In this document: piece by piece, positions 10,165 to 19,796 of the stretch
Layout: every line of letters starts with the position of its first letter
Position numbering within the stretch: position 1 is the first letter of the stretch
Source of the DNA: an uncultured virus (IMG/VR IMGVR_UViG_3300021256_000067)
Taxonomy: Duplodnaviria; Heunggongvirae; Uroviricota; Caudoviricetes
IMG/VR virus record: IMGVR_UViG_3300021256_000067
Strand: one strand, 5' to 3'
DNA length: 64,000 bases
Position numbers and translations under genes: made by a program
Notes under the pieces: model-generated
Seen by the model: only the letters and a program-made list of their open reading frames with translations
What the model was told of the DNA's origin: nothing
Databases searched by the model: none

Positions 10165-11236
10165 AAGGAAAAAACTGTTGATTCTTATTATGTCTTGTAA
10201 TCTTGAAAATTATAAGCATAAAGAACAGATTATAAGAGATACATGGTTTAAGGATATAGGGAAATATCCAGATATAGTAGATGCTTATTTTTTTACGTCA
10301 AGCGCCATTGATAATCGTAAAATAGATGAAGAGAATAAAATAATATATGTTCCTGTACAGGATTTCAGAGACAGGACATTTAATAAATTTATGGAAACTC
10401 TTCTTTTATTAGAAAGAGAAAATATAGAATATGATTATATTCTTAGATTGAATATTTCCACATATCCGAATCTCAAACTTATTTGTGAGTATATACAGAC
10501 ATTAGAACAGGATGAAAATTTATATTGCGGAAGTTTATGTAATTCTCCATGGTATAGTCCATTAGAATTACCGTTCGCACAAGGTGAATTTTTTATATTC
10601 ACTAAACCTATTTTAAAAATTCTTAAAGATTATTATTTTTATAATAAGGTAAATTTTGATAATATAAACAATTTAGGATCATATACTAACAAATATTTTA
10701 ATGATGATGGATGGGTTTCTCATATAATGCATAGATATTTCACATATAATAAATCTAATATGGATGATTATTTTAATGCATTGCATTCATTAGGTATTAT
10801 ACATGAATATGATACAATTTATAAGCATAAAGATTTATATAATACTGTATTATGTATTAATTATAAAACTTGCCCTTCTTTAAATCCTGAGCCTTTAATG
10901 ATGGACAGTAAAGACAAATATGATAAGGCGACAGAAATGAAAATTCATGATATACATAATGCTATAACTGAATTGAATAAAACGGATTATATAGATAAAA
11001 GCATTAAAATAATTAATGAGAATAAAGATACGCAATGCTATACTACATCTATGATTCATAGTAATTACAGGATGTTTGATAATTATATGATTTCAAAAGA
11101 AGAATGTATCGAGAATTTTAAAATAGCTAATACTCGAGAATCTATATACAAATATCCTAATTATGATAATTATATTCGTACAAATAAAATATATGAAGAA
11201 TTAAAAAAATCCAATCAAATTCAAGAAATTAAATAA
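10157..11236 (+). CDS. Glycosyltransferase-like protein (GT31/galactosyltransferase-like N-terminus)
   Basis: LLILIMSC...IIRDTW, EYDYILR and NDDGWV patterns; translationally coupled to the helicase. Confidence 0.5.
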   Translation: MSERKKLLILIMSCNLENYKHKEQIIRDTWFKDIGKYPDIVDAYFFTSSAIDNRKIDEENKIIYVPVQDFRDRTFNKFMETLLLLERENIEYDYILRLNISTYPNLKLICEYIQTLEQDENLYCGSLCNSPWYSPLELPFAQGEFFIFTKPILKILKDYYFYNKVNFDNINNLGSYTNKYFNDDGWVSHIMHRYFTYNKSNMDDYFNALHSLGIIHEYDTIYKHKDLYNTVLCINYKTCPSLNPEPLMMDSKDKYDKATEMKIHDIHNAITELNKTDYIDKSIKIINENKDTQCYTTSMIHSNYRMFDNYMISKEECIENFKIANTRESIYKYPNYDNYIRTNKIYEELKKSNQIQEIK

Positions 11237-11239
11237 GTA

Positions 11240-12079
11240 ATGAGAAAAGTTTTATTATATTATTGTTATTGTTATCCTGAACCATATGATACTTTACCGG
11301 ATCAGGTTAAGTATTGTTATAATCTTCATTTTTATTATCTTGAAAAATATAAAGATATTTTTGATCATATAGAAATAATTTTAGCGACAGATGATATGTT
11401 TGAGAATGATGATATATTAACATGGTATAGACAAAAATTTACTAGTATATTCGGTATAGAAAAAGCTGCTATAGCGATGATAGATAATAATCCAGATTTT
11501 CGAGATGCCGTAGTGTACAAGAATTTTTTTGTAAAAAGAATGGAAGCATATAAAGATGATCTTTTATTTTTTGCGCAGTCTAAGGGATTGGCAAATGTGG
11601 GATTTGACTGTAAGCCGATTATTAATATATATGAATGGGTATCTTCAATGTATTATTTTAATCTTGAGCATTTCGAAGACAAGATAAAAAACCAGTTATT
11701 AAATGATTATATAACATATGGTACATTATATATAAAGATACATAATTGCGATAAAGCATCATGTCTGAATGATTATTATAGGTTTTCCCAGACTAAATGG
11801 ATATATTCAGGTTCATTTCAATGGATTAATGTTTCAAAATTATTAGATTATATTAAAGATCATGATATTAATCTTGATAGACTTGCAATTATGCAACGGT
11901 TTTTTTCAGAAGACTTTTTAGGACATATTGTACCAGATGAATTATGCGGAGGAAGAAAAACATTAGAATTTTATGATGATTATAAAGAAATAAGCAAGCA
12001 TCTAAAAGATTTATATACAGATGAAGAGTACTTAGAATTTTATAATTTTTTTAATGATTCTATTAAAGAAATAGTATAA
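11240..12079 (+). CDS. Hypothetical protein, possibly glycosyltransferase-related
   Basis: FFAQSKG...W...MYYFN...YSGSFQW...RFFSE pattern; same operon as the GT-like gene. Confidence 0.4.
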   Translation: MRKVLLYYCYCYPEPYDTLPDQVKYCYNLHFYYLEKYKDIFDHIEIILATDDMFENDDILTWYRQKFTSIFGIEKAAIAMIDNNPDFRDAVVYKNFFVKRMEAYKDDLLFFAQSKGLANVGFDCKPIINIYEWVSSMYYFNLEHFEDKIKNQLLNDYITYGTLYIKIHNCDKASCLNDYYRFSQTKWIYSGSFQWINVSKLLDYIKDHDINLDRLAIMQRFFSEDFLGHIVPDELCGGRKTLEFYDDYKEISKHLKDLYTDEEYLEFYNFFNDSIKEIV

Positions 12080-12165
12080 TTTTGCTATTATTGCTAAGAA
12101 AATCAAATAAATATAGAAATTAAGAGATTTTTATAAACTCTTAATTAAAGTAACAGTTAAAAAAT
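12077..12165 (+). promoter_or_regulatory. Stacked host-type, late-type and middle-type promoter motifs upstream of SSB
   Basis: TAATTTTG 12077-12084, AATAAATA 12106-12113, TAAAC-N17-GTTAAAAAAT 12134-12165. Confidence 0.55.
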
Positions 12166-12197
12166 AAAATAAATTAAAAATTTAAACAGTTAGAATT

Positions 12198-13265
12198 ATG
12201 ACAGACGTATTAAATGATTTATTTAATCCACAGGTTAAAACAGAAACAGAGCAACAGAATGTAACAGAATTTAAACCTTCGGCAAAGAAGGGCAAAGCGG
12301 GAATTTATACAGCGGTTATTCGTTTTATTCCTAATCCCGCAGATCCATCGGGTAAGTCGATTATTCAGAAATATACGACTACTATTCAAAACCCTTTGAC
12401 CAACTCTTGGAGGACTATCGATAATCCTTCAACAGTCGGAAATCCTGATCCAATTGTAGATACATTCTTTAAACTTCGCAATTCAAAGAATGCTACGGAT
12501 AATGAGAAAGCAAAGAACTTTAGCAGACGTAAATCATATGCGTCTCTTATTCAAGTAATTAAGTGTGAATCAGAACCACAACTTGAAAATAAGATTCTTG
12601 TATGGCGTTATGGTCAGAAGATTTATGAGAAGCTTGTTAATGAGATGAATCCACCTATCGGTGATCCTCGTAATCCATTTGATCCTATTCATGGACATTT
12701 GTTCAATGTAAAGGTACAGGAGAAATCTGGTTTCAATAATTATGATCAGAGTATGTTTATCGACGCGGGTGAACAGAATGGTATGAGAATCATTGTAAAT
12801 GATCAGGTTCATGTAGTAACTGATAAGCTTGCCGCGAATGAGAAAGGACGTCAGCTTGTATTGGATTATCTTAATGATAATTGTCCAGATATGACTCTTT
12901 ACGAATTCCATCCTTGGGATGAGGAGACTACCAAATTTGTAGATCAGATGATTCAGTTCTATACTTCATCTGGTGTGACTAACCAGGATGTTCCACAGGC
13001 ATCAGCATCATTTACTGAGATGCTTACACAACAGAATTCTGCTCCTGTACAAGCATCTCCTGGAAATACCGCAGGTTTACAGCTTGGTTTGGAGAATATT
13101 AGTCCTACACAGTCTTCTGATAATACAGTAGATACGGGTATCGATACTTCGGAATTGGATGCTATCCTGAATTCAAATTCACCTGCTACCAGTTCAGTAG
13201 GAGGTTCAGAGGATACAGCAGGCCTCGGAACATTAGATGATATTCTTAATGGTAATATGCTTTAA
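12198..13265 (+). CDS. T4 gp32-like single-stranded DNA-binding protein
   Basis: GIYTAVIRFIP, YGQKIYEK, NPFDP, GFNNYDQS; acidic tail ending LDDILNGNML. Confidence 0.85.
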   Translation: MTDVLNDLFNPQVKTETEQQNVTEFKPSAKKGKAGIYTAVIRFIPNPADPSGKSIIQKYTTTIQNPLTNSWRTIDNPSTVGNPDPIVDTFFKLRNSKNATDNEKAKNFSRRKSYASLIQVIKCESEPQLENKILVWRYGQKIYEKLVNEMNPPIGDPRNPFDPIHGHLFNVKVQEKSGFNNYDQSMFIDAGEQNGMRIIVNDQVHVVTDKLAANEKGRQLVLDYLNDNCPDMTLYEFHPWDEETTKFVDQMIQFYTSSGVTNQDVPQASASFTEMLTQQNSAPVQASPGNTAGLQLGLENISPTQSSDNTVDTGIDTSELDAILNSNSPATSSVGGSEDTAGLGTLDDILNGNML

Positions 13266-13296
13266 TTTTTATAATTTATAAATACTACTAAATTTT

Positions 13297-13325
13297 AAGG
13301 ATGCTTAGATTAAGCATCCTTTTTA
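13297..13325 (+). terminator. Intrinsic terminator
   Basis: aaggatgctta/taagcatcctt stem followed by a T tract. Confidence 0.8.
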
Positions 13326-13353
13326 ATATATTGTTATTCATATTATATTTATA

Positions 13354-13385
13354 TAAACATTACTAACTATTCATATTTTAATAAT
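13354..13385 (+). promoter_or_regulatory. Putative middle promoter TAAAC-N17-TTTTAATAAT
   Basis: Immediately upstream of ATG 13388. Confidence 0.6.
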
Positions 13386-13387
13386 AT

Positions 13388-14005
13388 ATGAAATTTATTG
13401 TATTGGCACATAATGATAATAATAAGTTAATTAGATGTATATCATCTATTTGCACTAATAAAAAATATAAAATAGAGATAGATATTCTTTATAATGGATT
13501 AGAAGTCCAAAGGATTAAAAATACTGTTTTCACATTAAAGAAATATAATCCGGATATTAAATTACAATTTAAGAAATTTAATATTCATAAACGGGATATC
13601 TATAAATCTGTTGATATTTTAATGTTAAGGAAATGGATTAAACAGATTAATAATGAATTTGTCGTAATCTGTAATGAAGACTGTATATTTAAATCTGATT
13701 ATATAGAGAGGTTTTTTGAGGATATAGATTTACATTATAATAATGAGACAGATGATCTTAATGCGTTTATTTACGGAAATCCTGCATTGGTGGATATAAA
13801 CGGAAATGGTAAATGTATATATAGAAAAGAAATCCTGGAGAAAATACCGAACAAGCAGTGGAGAAATTTAAAAGACATATATCAGTTGTATCAATGGTAT
13901 TTCTCAGAGTACTGTCAGTCAAAAATATTTTTTGAGAATATAATAGAAGCTGAAACAAATAAAAAATTTCATGTTATAAAATATGATAATGTAATTATTG
14001 ATTAA
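13388..14005 (+). CDS. Divergent GT2-like glycosyltransferase fold protein
   Basis: MKFIVLAHN...LIRCISSI...EFVVICNEDC resembles a GT-A N-terminus with a degenerate DxD. Confidence 0.4.
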   Translation: MKFIVLAHNDNNKLIRCISSICTNKKYKIEIDILYNGLEVQRIKNTVFTLKKYNPDIKLQFKKFNIHKRDIYKSVDILMLRKWIKQINNEFVVICNEDCIFKSDYIERFFEDIDLHYNNETDDLNAFIYGNPALVDINGNGKCIYRKEILEKIPNKQWRNLKDIYQLYQWYFSEYCQSKIFFENIIEAETNKKFHVIKYDNVIID

Positions 14006-14009
14006 AATT

Positions 14010-15476
14010 ATGAATTTATATTTAGAGCAGATTATATTTTTTTATATCATCAGGAATAAGGATCTTACAGAAATATTCAAGGGTTCTTATTTTCAGTCTA
14101 AACATATTCAGGTTCTTTTTGATTTAGTCAAACCATATATTATTGAATATGGTGAAGAACCTACATTATCACAGGTGATTGAACTTAAGAATATGGCAGG
14201 TAAATCAGATATTATATCTGATGAGGCTATTAATACTATATGGGAAGCAAGGAATAAAGTAGATTCATACGGCAAGGATTGGCTTCAGGAAAATACAATA
14301 GCGTTGGCACAATGGCAGAATTTGATAACGGGATTAAAGAAAACATTGACATATATTAAAACCATTGAATCTGATGTTACATTTGATAATTGTGGAGAAA
14401 TAGTTAATAAAGCCAAGAATATATTTCAGAATGAAACTAATTTCGATCCTACAGATCCAGGAGATATACATGATTTTTCTGATTATTCTACTCATGAGGT
14501 AAAAGAAAAGGACATATTGAAATCTGGATATGATTTTATTGATATAAGTCTTGAGGGCGGAATGTCGCGTAAAGCCTTATATTGTTTTGTCGGAGGTATG
14601 AAAACAGGTAAATCAATGTGGCTTGCTAATTTATGTGCAGAATCTATTAAACGTGGGCAAAATTGCGCATATATTACATTAGAGCTTCCATATAATAAAG
14701 TCGCTAAACGTATAGGCTCAAATCTTTATAATATACCTGTATTTGATTATAATTCTGCATTAGAGGATAAAGAATTTTTTATGAAGAAAACAAAAGAATT
14801 CTATTCCGGTAATTTTATGCAGAAACCAGGTAAGTTAGTTATTATAGAATATCCTACATCCTCTGCAACAATAGATAAGATTGAATCTGATTTATTAAAA
14901 GCAGAAGCTAAATTTTCAACAGCTGAAAATCCATTTAAATTTGATAAGATTTTTATAGACTATCTGGCTATTATGGCTGATAGTAAAAATCCCAGATCTG
15001 AGAATACATATCTTAAATTAAAGAATATATCAGAGATGACCCGTGCGGCAATGCAACGGAATAACTGGTGCGGAATTACTGTAAATCAGTTGAACAGAGG
15101 AGGATTAGATAATGCAAACCCCACAATGGGAGATATGTCTGAGGGTATTTCAATCGGTATGACTGTTGACGGATTATTTATAATAATTAGGACCACTACA
15201 ATGAACGCCCAAGGAATTTATTATCTTAAAACTGAATTGGCGAGAGATTCAGAACATATGGGAGAGAAAAAGAAATTTATATTTGATAAGAAATATCTCA
15301 GGATAACTGAATCAGATGAACCTATTATTGCGGCGGATGTAGAAATTGCAGATATAGCAACGAATCCGGCTCCCGCGGCACCAGAAATACTTAATGTCGG
15401 AATAGATTTAAATTCATCAAAAACCGATTTAGGATTTACAGAAGCTAATATAACTGGCGCTGATTTATTTAAATAA
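14010..15476 (+). CDS. T4 gp41/DnaB-like replicative helicase
   Basis: Walker A GGMKTGKS, YITLE, IFIDYL, QLNRGG. ATG 14010 preferred over TTG 13998. Confidence 0.9.
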   Translation: MNLYLEQIIFFYIIRNKDLTEIFKGSYFQSKHIQVLFDLVKPYIIEYGEEPTLSQVIELKNMAGKSDIISDEAINTIWEARNKVDSYGKDWLQENTIALAQWQNLITGLKKTLTYIKTIESDVTFDNCGEIVNKAKNIFQNETNFDPTDPGDIHDFSDYSTHEVKEKDILKSGYDFIDISLEGGMSRKALYCFVGGMKTGKSMWLANLCAESIKRGQNCAYITLELPYNKVAKRIGSNLYNIPVFDYNSALEDKEFFMKKTKEFYSGNFMQKPGKLVIIEYPTSSATIDKIESDLLKAEAKFSTAENPFKFDKIFIDYLAIMADSKNPRSENTYLKLKNISEMTRAAMQRNNWCGITVNQLNRGGLDNANPTMGDMSEGISIGMTVDGLFIIIRTTTMNAQGIYYLKTELARDSEHMGEKKKFIFDKKYLRITESDEPIIAADVEIADIATNPAPAAPEILNVGIDLNSSKTDLGFTEANITGADLFK

Positions 15477-15505
15477 ACAATAATGCATCTATTTCTTTTA
15501 ATAAG
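15474..15505 (+). promoter_or_regulatory. Putative middle promoter TAAAC-N17-TTTTAATAAG
   Basis: Upstream of ATG 15532. Confidence 0.55.
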
Positions 15506-15531
15506 TATATATTAATTTAATTTTTAAAAAT

Positions 15532-16053
15532 ATGAGTAAGAAAAAGAATTTACCAGAGTACAGAGCACAATATTTAACAGATTACTTTATAGATTATGCA
15601 GGTAATCATAGAATGTTTACATTATGTGCAGTTACAGTTCCAGAAACAACTATAATATCATCTAATACGGCTGAACATTATACAATTCATCAAGATGAAA
15701 TTATTATTAATTTCGATGATATTAAAAATTTGACATTTCCAAAAAAGCTGAAGCTTGGAATGGCTGTACAATGTCCAGAAGATGAGGCAGATGAAGAGCT
15801 AGGAAAAAAGATTGCATACGGTAAGGCATTGAAATATGATGATCATATCATGATGGTTACTCGCGACGGAATGATTAATACAAAATTAGTGACTGCGCTT
15901 CTTGAGCAAGAAGCTGAATATTTCAAGAAAAACCCAGACAGCTATATTGCCGGATATAAAAAGAAAATGTGGAAATATAAAGTTGAACAAATGGAAGATG
16001 TAATTAAAAATGAAATTAATAAACTACACGCATATACAAAAATTTCAGATTAA
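15532..16053 (+). CDS. Hypothetical phage protein
   Basis: Intact ORF containing the CPEDE...ELGKKIAYGKA motif common in phage hypotheticals. Confidence 0.7.
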   Translation: MSKKKNLPEYRAQYLTDYFIDYAGNHRMFTLCAVTVPETTIISSNTAEHYTIHQDEIIINFDDIKNLTFPKKLKLGMAVQCPEDEADEELGKKIAYGKALKYDDHIMMVTRDGMINTKLVTALLEQEAEYFKKNPDSYIAGYKKKMWKYKVEQMEDVIKNEINKLHAYTKISD

Positions 16054-16080
16054 TTAGATAAAATTAATGGGCAGTATGAA

Positions 16081-16578
16081 ATGGATAAAACACAGGGAAG
16101 AATAGATACACTATCTCTCATTAAAAATAATTCATATAAAAACGGTGGAGTTATATCCGATAATTCATATAATTCATCATCTAAGATGGTTGTGGATCCT
16201 ACTATGTATGACAGGTATGATTTTGCAATGACAGATGATATAGTTCTGCTTAATGAAAGAAAGGAGACTAATGAAATATTGTATAATATATTCCATGATT
16301 CATCCTGGGGAAAGAAATATATGAAGAATAATGAGATTTCTAAAATCAATAAAGAAGATATTCATAATGTTTTTTATTACTGCAAGAATGAATTATTAAA
16401 AAATAAGAATTTGTCCATATTTGAAATGCTTATAGCCATTAATGAATTTTTTGATTTTAATTATAATTATATTTTTAAGAATGTCCTTTCTGTCAAGTTA
16501 AAAGCCGAATTATATAATGATTTATATAAATTAGGTTATATGGAAAATAAAGAGGATTTAGAAGAACAATTATTTTAA
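16081..16578 (+). CDS. Hypothetical protein
   Basis: Intact co-oriented ORF followed by a terminator. Confidence 0.7.
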   Translation: MDKTQGRIDTLSLIKNNSYKNGGVISDNSYNSSSKMVVDPTMYDRYDFAMTDDIVLLNERKETNEILYNIFHDSSWGKKYMKNNEISKINKEDIHNVFYYCKNELLKNKNLSIFEMLIAINEFFDFNYNYIFKNVLSVKLKAELYNDLYKLGYMENKEDLEEQLF

Positions 16579-16606
16579 TACATTATATTATTAATGAGAG
16601 AAGTGT

Positions 16607-16642
16607 GATCAGGCATTTATTTTTAAATGCCTGATCTTTTTT
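16607..16642 (+). terminator. Intrinsic terminator
   Basis: gatcaggcattta/taaatgcctgatc stem plus T tract; late box AATAAATA follows at 16645-16652. Confidence 0.8.
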
Positions 16643-16685
16643 ATAATAAATAAAATAAATTTTAATATTAAATTAAATTATAATT

Positions 16686-18047
16686 ATGGCTAATACATTA
16701 AGTGGAAATGTTAGATTCGGACGTGGTTTATTATCAGTGATGCCAACCGGGAATGAATACAGCGATATGCTGTATTTCGCAACTGACGCGGGTGTTGTAT
16801 TCATGAATGGTGAACCAGTTACATCCGGGCTATTAGATATGGTATATAGAGCTGTCTCTTCTTCATCAGGAGAGCTTGCAAGATGGGATTTGTCATCAAA
16901 TTGGTATTATGATAAAGTTTCTCTTGTTACATCGTCTGAAGGTATTTTTGAAGAAAATTCTATAGTTTATGAAAACGGTAATCCTGTAAGAGCGACAGTT
17001 AAAGAAGGTACTTATATATTCTATAAAAAAGTAGAAAGTACACCAGAAGGCAATGTAGTTAAATGGAAAGCTATCATAATTTCATCCAATATTACTCCAG
17101 AAGGTCTTCAAAATGAATTAAATGAATTAGGTGAAGATGTTACTGATTTACAGCAAGATGTTTCTGTATTAGATGCTTCTCTTAAAGAAACAGATCAGAA
17201 GGTAGATGATCTTACAGAGAAAGTTGAAACAGTGGTTATTCCTGATGTTTCTGGGCTGCATCAAGATGTTTCTGCATTACAGGCTACGGTAGCTGCACAA
17301 GATGATACGATTACGGCTTTAGATGGAAGAATCGATACAATCGAGGATATTCTGGATTCTACAAACAGCCAAAATTCCGCAAGACTTGATAGATCAGATG
17401 CATCGATTAATACTATTTTAAGTAATTATATTAATGATGGTGTTGGAGTTGATCCTATTACAGTTGATGTATCTAATAATACAATTACAGTCGGAATAAA
17501 TCTTGCTGATAATGGTGGTATTAAAACCGATAACAGCGGTAATTTAACTATTGATACAGATGCATCTGTATTTGATTCACTTGGATCATACAAAATCGAA
17601 TATAAAAACGGAGGATTTGTACTTACTCAGAATGGACAGGAAGTAGCTGATTCATCAAGCATCCTTGTACCAGAAGATCAATTCCTTGAGGATGTATCTA
17701 TTTATGCGGATCCTGATTCAGGTATAGAATATCTTTCATTCCAGTGGAAACTTTCAACAGGTGTAACAACTCCTACCCGTATACCCGTATCAAGGTTGTT
17801 CCCAGGGGTTGACGGTTCAACCGGTGAAATATTTGTAGATAAATCTACATCGCCTTGGACAATCGGAATAGATTCGGCATTTAAACAGGATGTATCAGCA
17901 TTACAATCTTCTATTGAAACATTACAAGAAGATATTGATAATATTGATATTCCTGAATATGTTGGAGTAAACAGTAACAGCGTAGATGTCAGCGTTAACA
18001 GCAACCATGAAATATCCGCAGCTATAATTTGGAATAATTTTAGTTAA
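16686..18047 (+). CDS. Putative virion structural/fibre protein, coiled-coil, D-x-S rich
   Basis: LYFATD N-terminal motif, heptad region, W-x-x-F C-terminus like gene 2-1468, late box upstream. Confidence 0.6.
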   Translation: MANTLSGNVRFGRGLLSVMPTGNEYSDMLYFATDAGVVFMNGEPVTSGLLDMVYRAVSSSSGELARWDLSSNWYYDKVSLVTSSEGIFEENSIVYENGNPVRATVKEGTYIFYKKVESTPEGNVVKWKAIIISSNITPEGLQNELNELGEDVTDLQQDVSVLDASLKETDQKVDDLTEKVETVVIPDVSGLHQDVSALQATVAAQDDTITALDGRIDTIEDILDSTNSQNSARLDRSDASINTILSNYINDGVGVDPITVDVSNNTITVGINLADNGGIKTDNSGNLTIDTDASVFDSLGSYKIEYKNGGFVLTQNGQEVADSSSILVPEDQFLEDVSIYADPDSGIEYLSFQWKLSTGVTTPTRIPVSRLFPGVDGSTGEIFVDKSTSPWTIGIDSAFKQDVSALQSSIETLQEDIDNIDIPEYVGVNSNSVDVSVNSNHEISAAIIWNNFS

Positions 18048-18081
18048 TTAATAAATAAGTAACAGTCAACAGATTTATCGA

Positions 18082-18801
18082 ATGAGCATGTTCACACATA
18101 CATTAGATGATAAACCCGTTATCAGAGATGATAAAGGGAATTTACTGGTAGATTTGGCGTCATCATATTTCGCCAGATCTGCCGGTACTATTACTAATTA
18201 TAGAGCAAAGAAAATGACATCATATTATGAAATGCGTCCTGATTTAGTTGCGTTGGCAGAATATGATGATACGGATTATACAGAAGTTGTTCTTAAATTT
18301 ACAGGTGTGAGCAATCCTTTTGCTTTGGAGGAAGATGATATTATGATTTTTCCGATGATTGAAGAAGCCCAAAGTATGTTAAGGGTAAACAATCCACAGG
18401 ATGATCCAGATCAAAGCGCTCGAGAAGAAGTTCTCATACAGAATTTCTATAAGTATATTAATACAGACTATAAAAGAGATTTTTCATCATACTACGCTAT
18501 CGAAAACTTACATATTCCATCAGGTATTCTCAAAAGGGAAGACATTCCGAATTATAAAATACCTTATATATCCGAAGAAGGTGAGGCTGTTATGGTTAAG
18601 AACGGTCGATTATATTTCGGTGAGAATGCGGGACTTATGACAACGGCGCAATTAGACGCTGAAACGTTATCTACATCATCAATCGATGATGCTATCAGAG
18701 GCATAGTTAACAGCACAATTTCACGTTTAGACGCTCAGTGCTTATATAATGGAACATCAGTCGCAGAGTTCCAAGCTGCTAATTATGCAAATAACAATTA
18801 A
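18082..18801 (+). CDS. Baseplate wedge (gp53/LysM-like) protein
   Basis: MRPDLVALAEY...VLKFTGVSNPF pattern; late box 18050-18057. Confidence 0.55.
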   Translation: MSMFTHTLDDKPVIRDDKGNLLVDLASSYFARSAGTITNYRAKKMTSYYEMRPDLVALAEYDDTDYTEVVLKFTGVSNPFALEEDDIMIFPMIEEAQSMLRVNNPQDDPDQSAREEVLIQNFYKYINTDYKRDFSSYYAIENLHIPSGILKREDIPNYKIPYISEEGEAVMVKNGRLYFGENAGLMTTAQLDAETLSTSSIDDAIRGIVNSTISRLDAQCLYNGTSVAEFQAANYANNN

Positions 18802-18844
18802 TCTTAATATTATTTTAAAAAATTAAAAAACATATAAATTATTC

Positions 18845-18876
18845 TAAACTATCTTAAAACAAGGTAGTTAAATAAT
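18845..18876 (+). promoter_or_regulatory. Putative middle promoter TAAAC-N17-GTTAAATAAT
   Basis: Upstream of ATG 18917. Confidence 0.55.
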
Positions 18877-18916
18877 TTACATGCTTTTATTATTATAAAA
18901 TTAACTTAAATAGACT

Positions 18917-19705
18917 ATGAAACATTTTATTATTATATTTTTAATTTTATTGACTGCAGGTATATGTATCGCGCAGAGTATTAGTGATTTCCGACGACAA
19001 CATAAGAGGTTGTTAGCGAAACAAGAGAACATGAATAAGAATATTGTTTTTAATGATATTGATCATTACAGATATCACAGATTAGGGTATTACAGCGGAG
19101 ATAAAACTTATGCAGATGTTTACAGAAAACACTGGGATTCGGAAGGAGTGAATCCATATGAAGACGCTGAAATACCCTCGAAATTTAATATTGAATTAGG
19201 CGGAAAGCATGCTATGCCATGTCCATCTTACAGTACTATAAATTCTAAATATGGATACAGAAAAACATTTGGAAGAATGCATAAAGGTATAGATTTAAAA
19301 GCCCAGATCGGTGATACAATTAGATCGACTTTTGACGGACAAGTAAGATTGACAAAATTTGACAGAAGCGGTTATGGTTTTTATGTCGTAATAAGACATT
19401 ATAATTTTACAGAAACTGTATATGGTCATCTTTCTAAATTCTTGGTTAAGCCTAACCAATATGTGAAAGCCGGCACACCTATCGCACTTAGCGGTAACAC
19501 CGGTCGTAGCACAGGACCACATCTTCATTTTGAGGTAAGATATATGGGATATGCTATTAATCCTGAAGATATATTTAATTTTAAAACAGGGACTTTGGTA
19601 TCTCCTACATATATGTTTGTAAAAGCTAATTATAATAAAGTACAGCCGCAGCAACCATCTACCGCTAAAAAATCATCTACCTCAAAACGAAAAGTCAGAT
19701 CATAA
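18917..19705 (+). CDS. Secreted M23 family peptidoglycan peptidase
   Basis: Signal peptide; HKGIDL, YGHL, GNTGRSTGPHLHFE. Confidence 0.92.
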   Translation: MKHFIIIFLILLTAGICIAQSISDFRRQHKRLLAKQENMNKNIVFNDIDHYRYHRLGYYSGDKTYADVYRKHWDSEGVNPYEDAEIPSKFNIELGGKHAMPCPSYSTINSKYGYRKTFGRMHKGIDLKAQIGDTIRSTFDGQVRLTKFDRSGYGFYVVIRHYNFTETVYGHLSKFLVKPNQYVKAGTPIALSGNTGRSTGPHLHFEVRYMGYAINPEDIFNFKTGTLVSPTYMFVKANYNKVQPQQPSTAKKSSTSKRKVRS

Positions 19706-19763
19706 AACAATATGTTTAACTACTTTTAGCAAAGATATGTATAGTTTATTCATATAAAATGCA

Positions 19764-19771
19764 TATCTTTG
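19764..19771 (+). promoter_or_regulatory. Bacteroidota housekeeping promoter -7 element (TAnnTTTG)
   Basis: TATCTTTG upstream of ATG 19797. Confidence 0.55.
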
Positions 19772-19796
19772 CTTCCAATATTTTAAAAATGAATAT

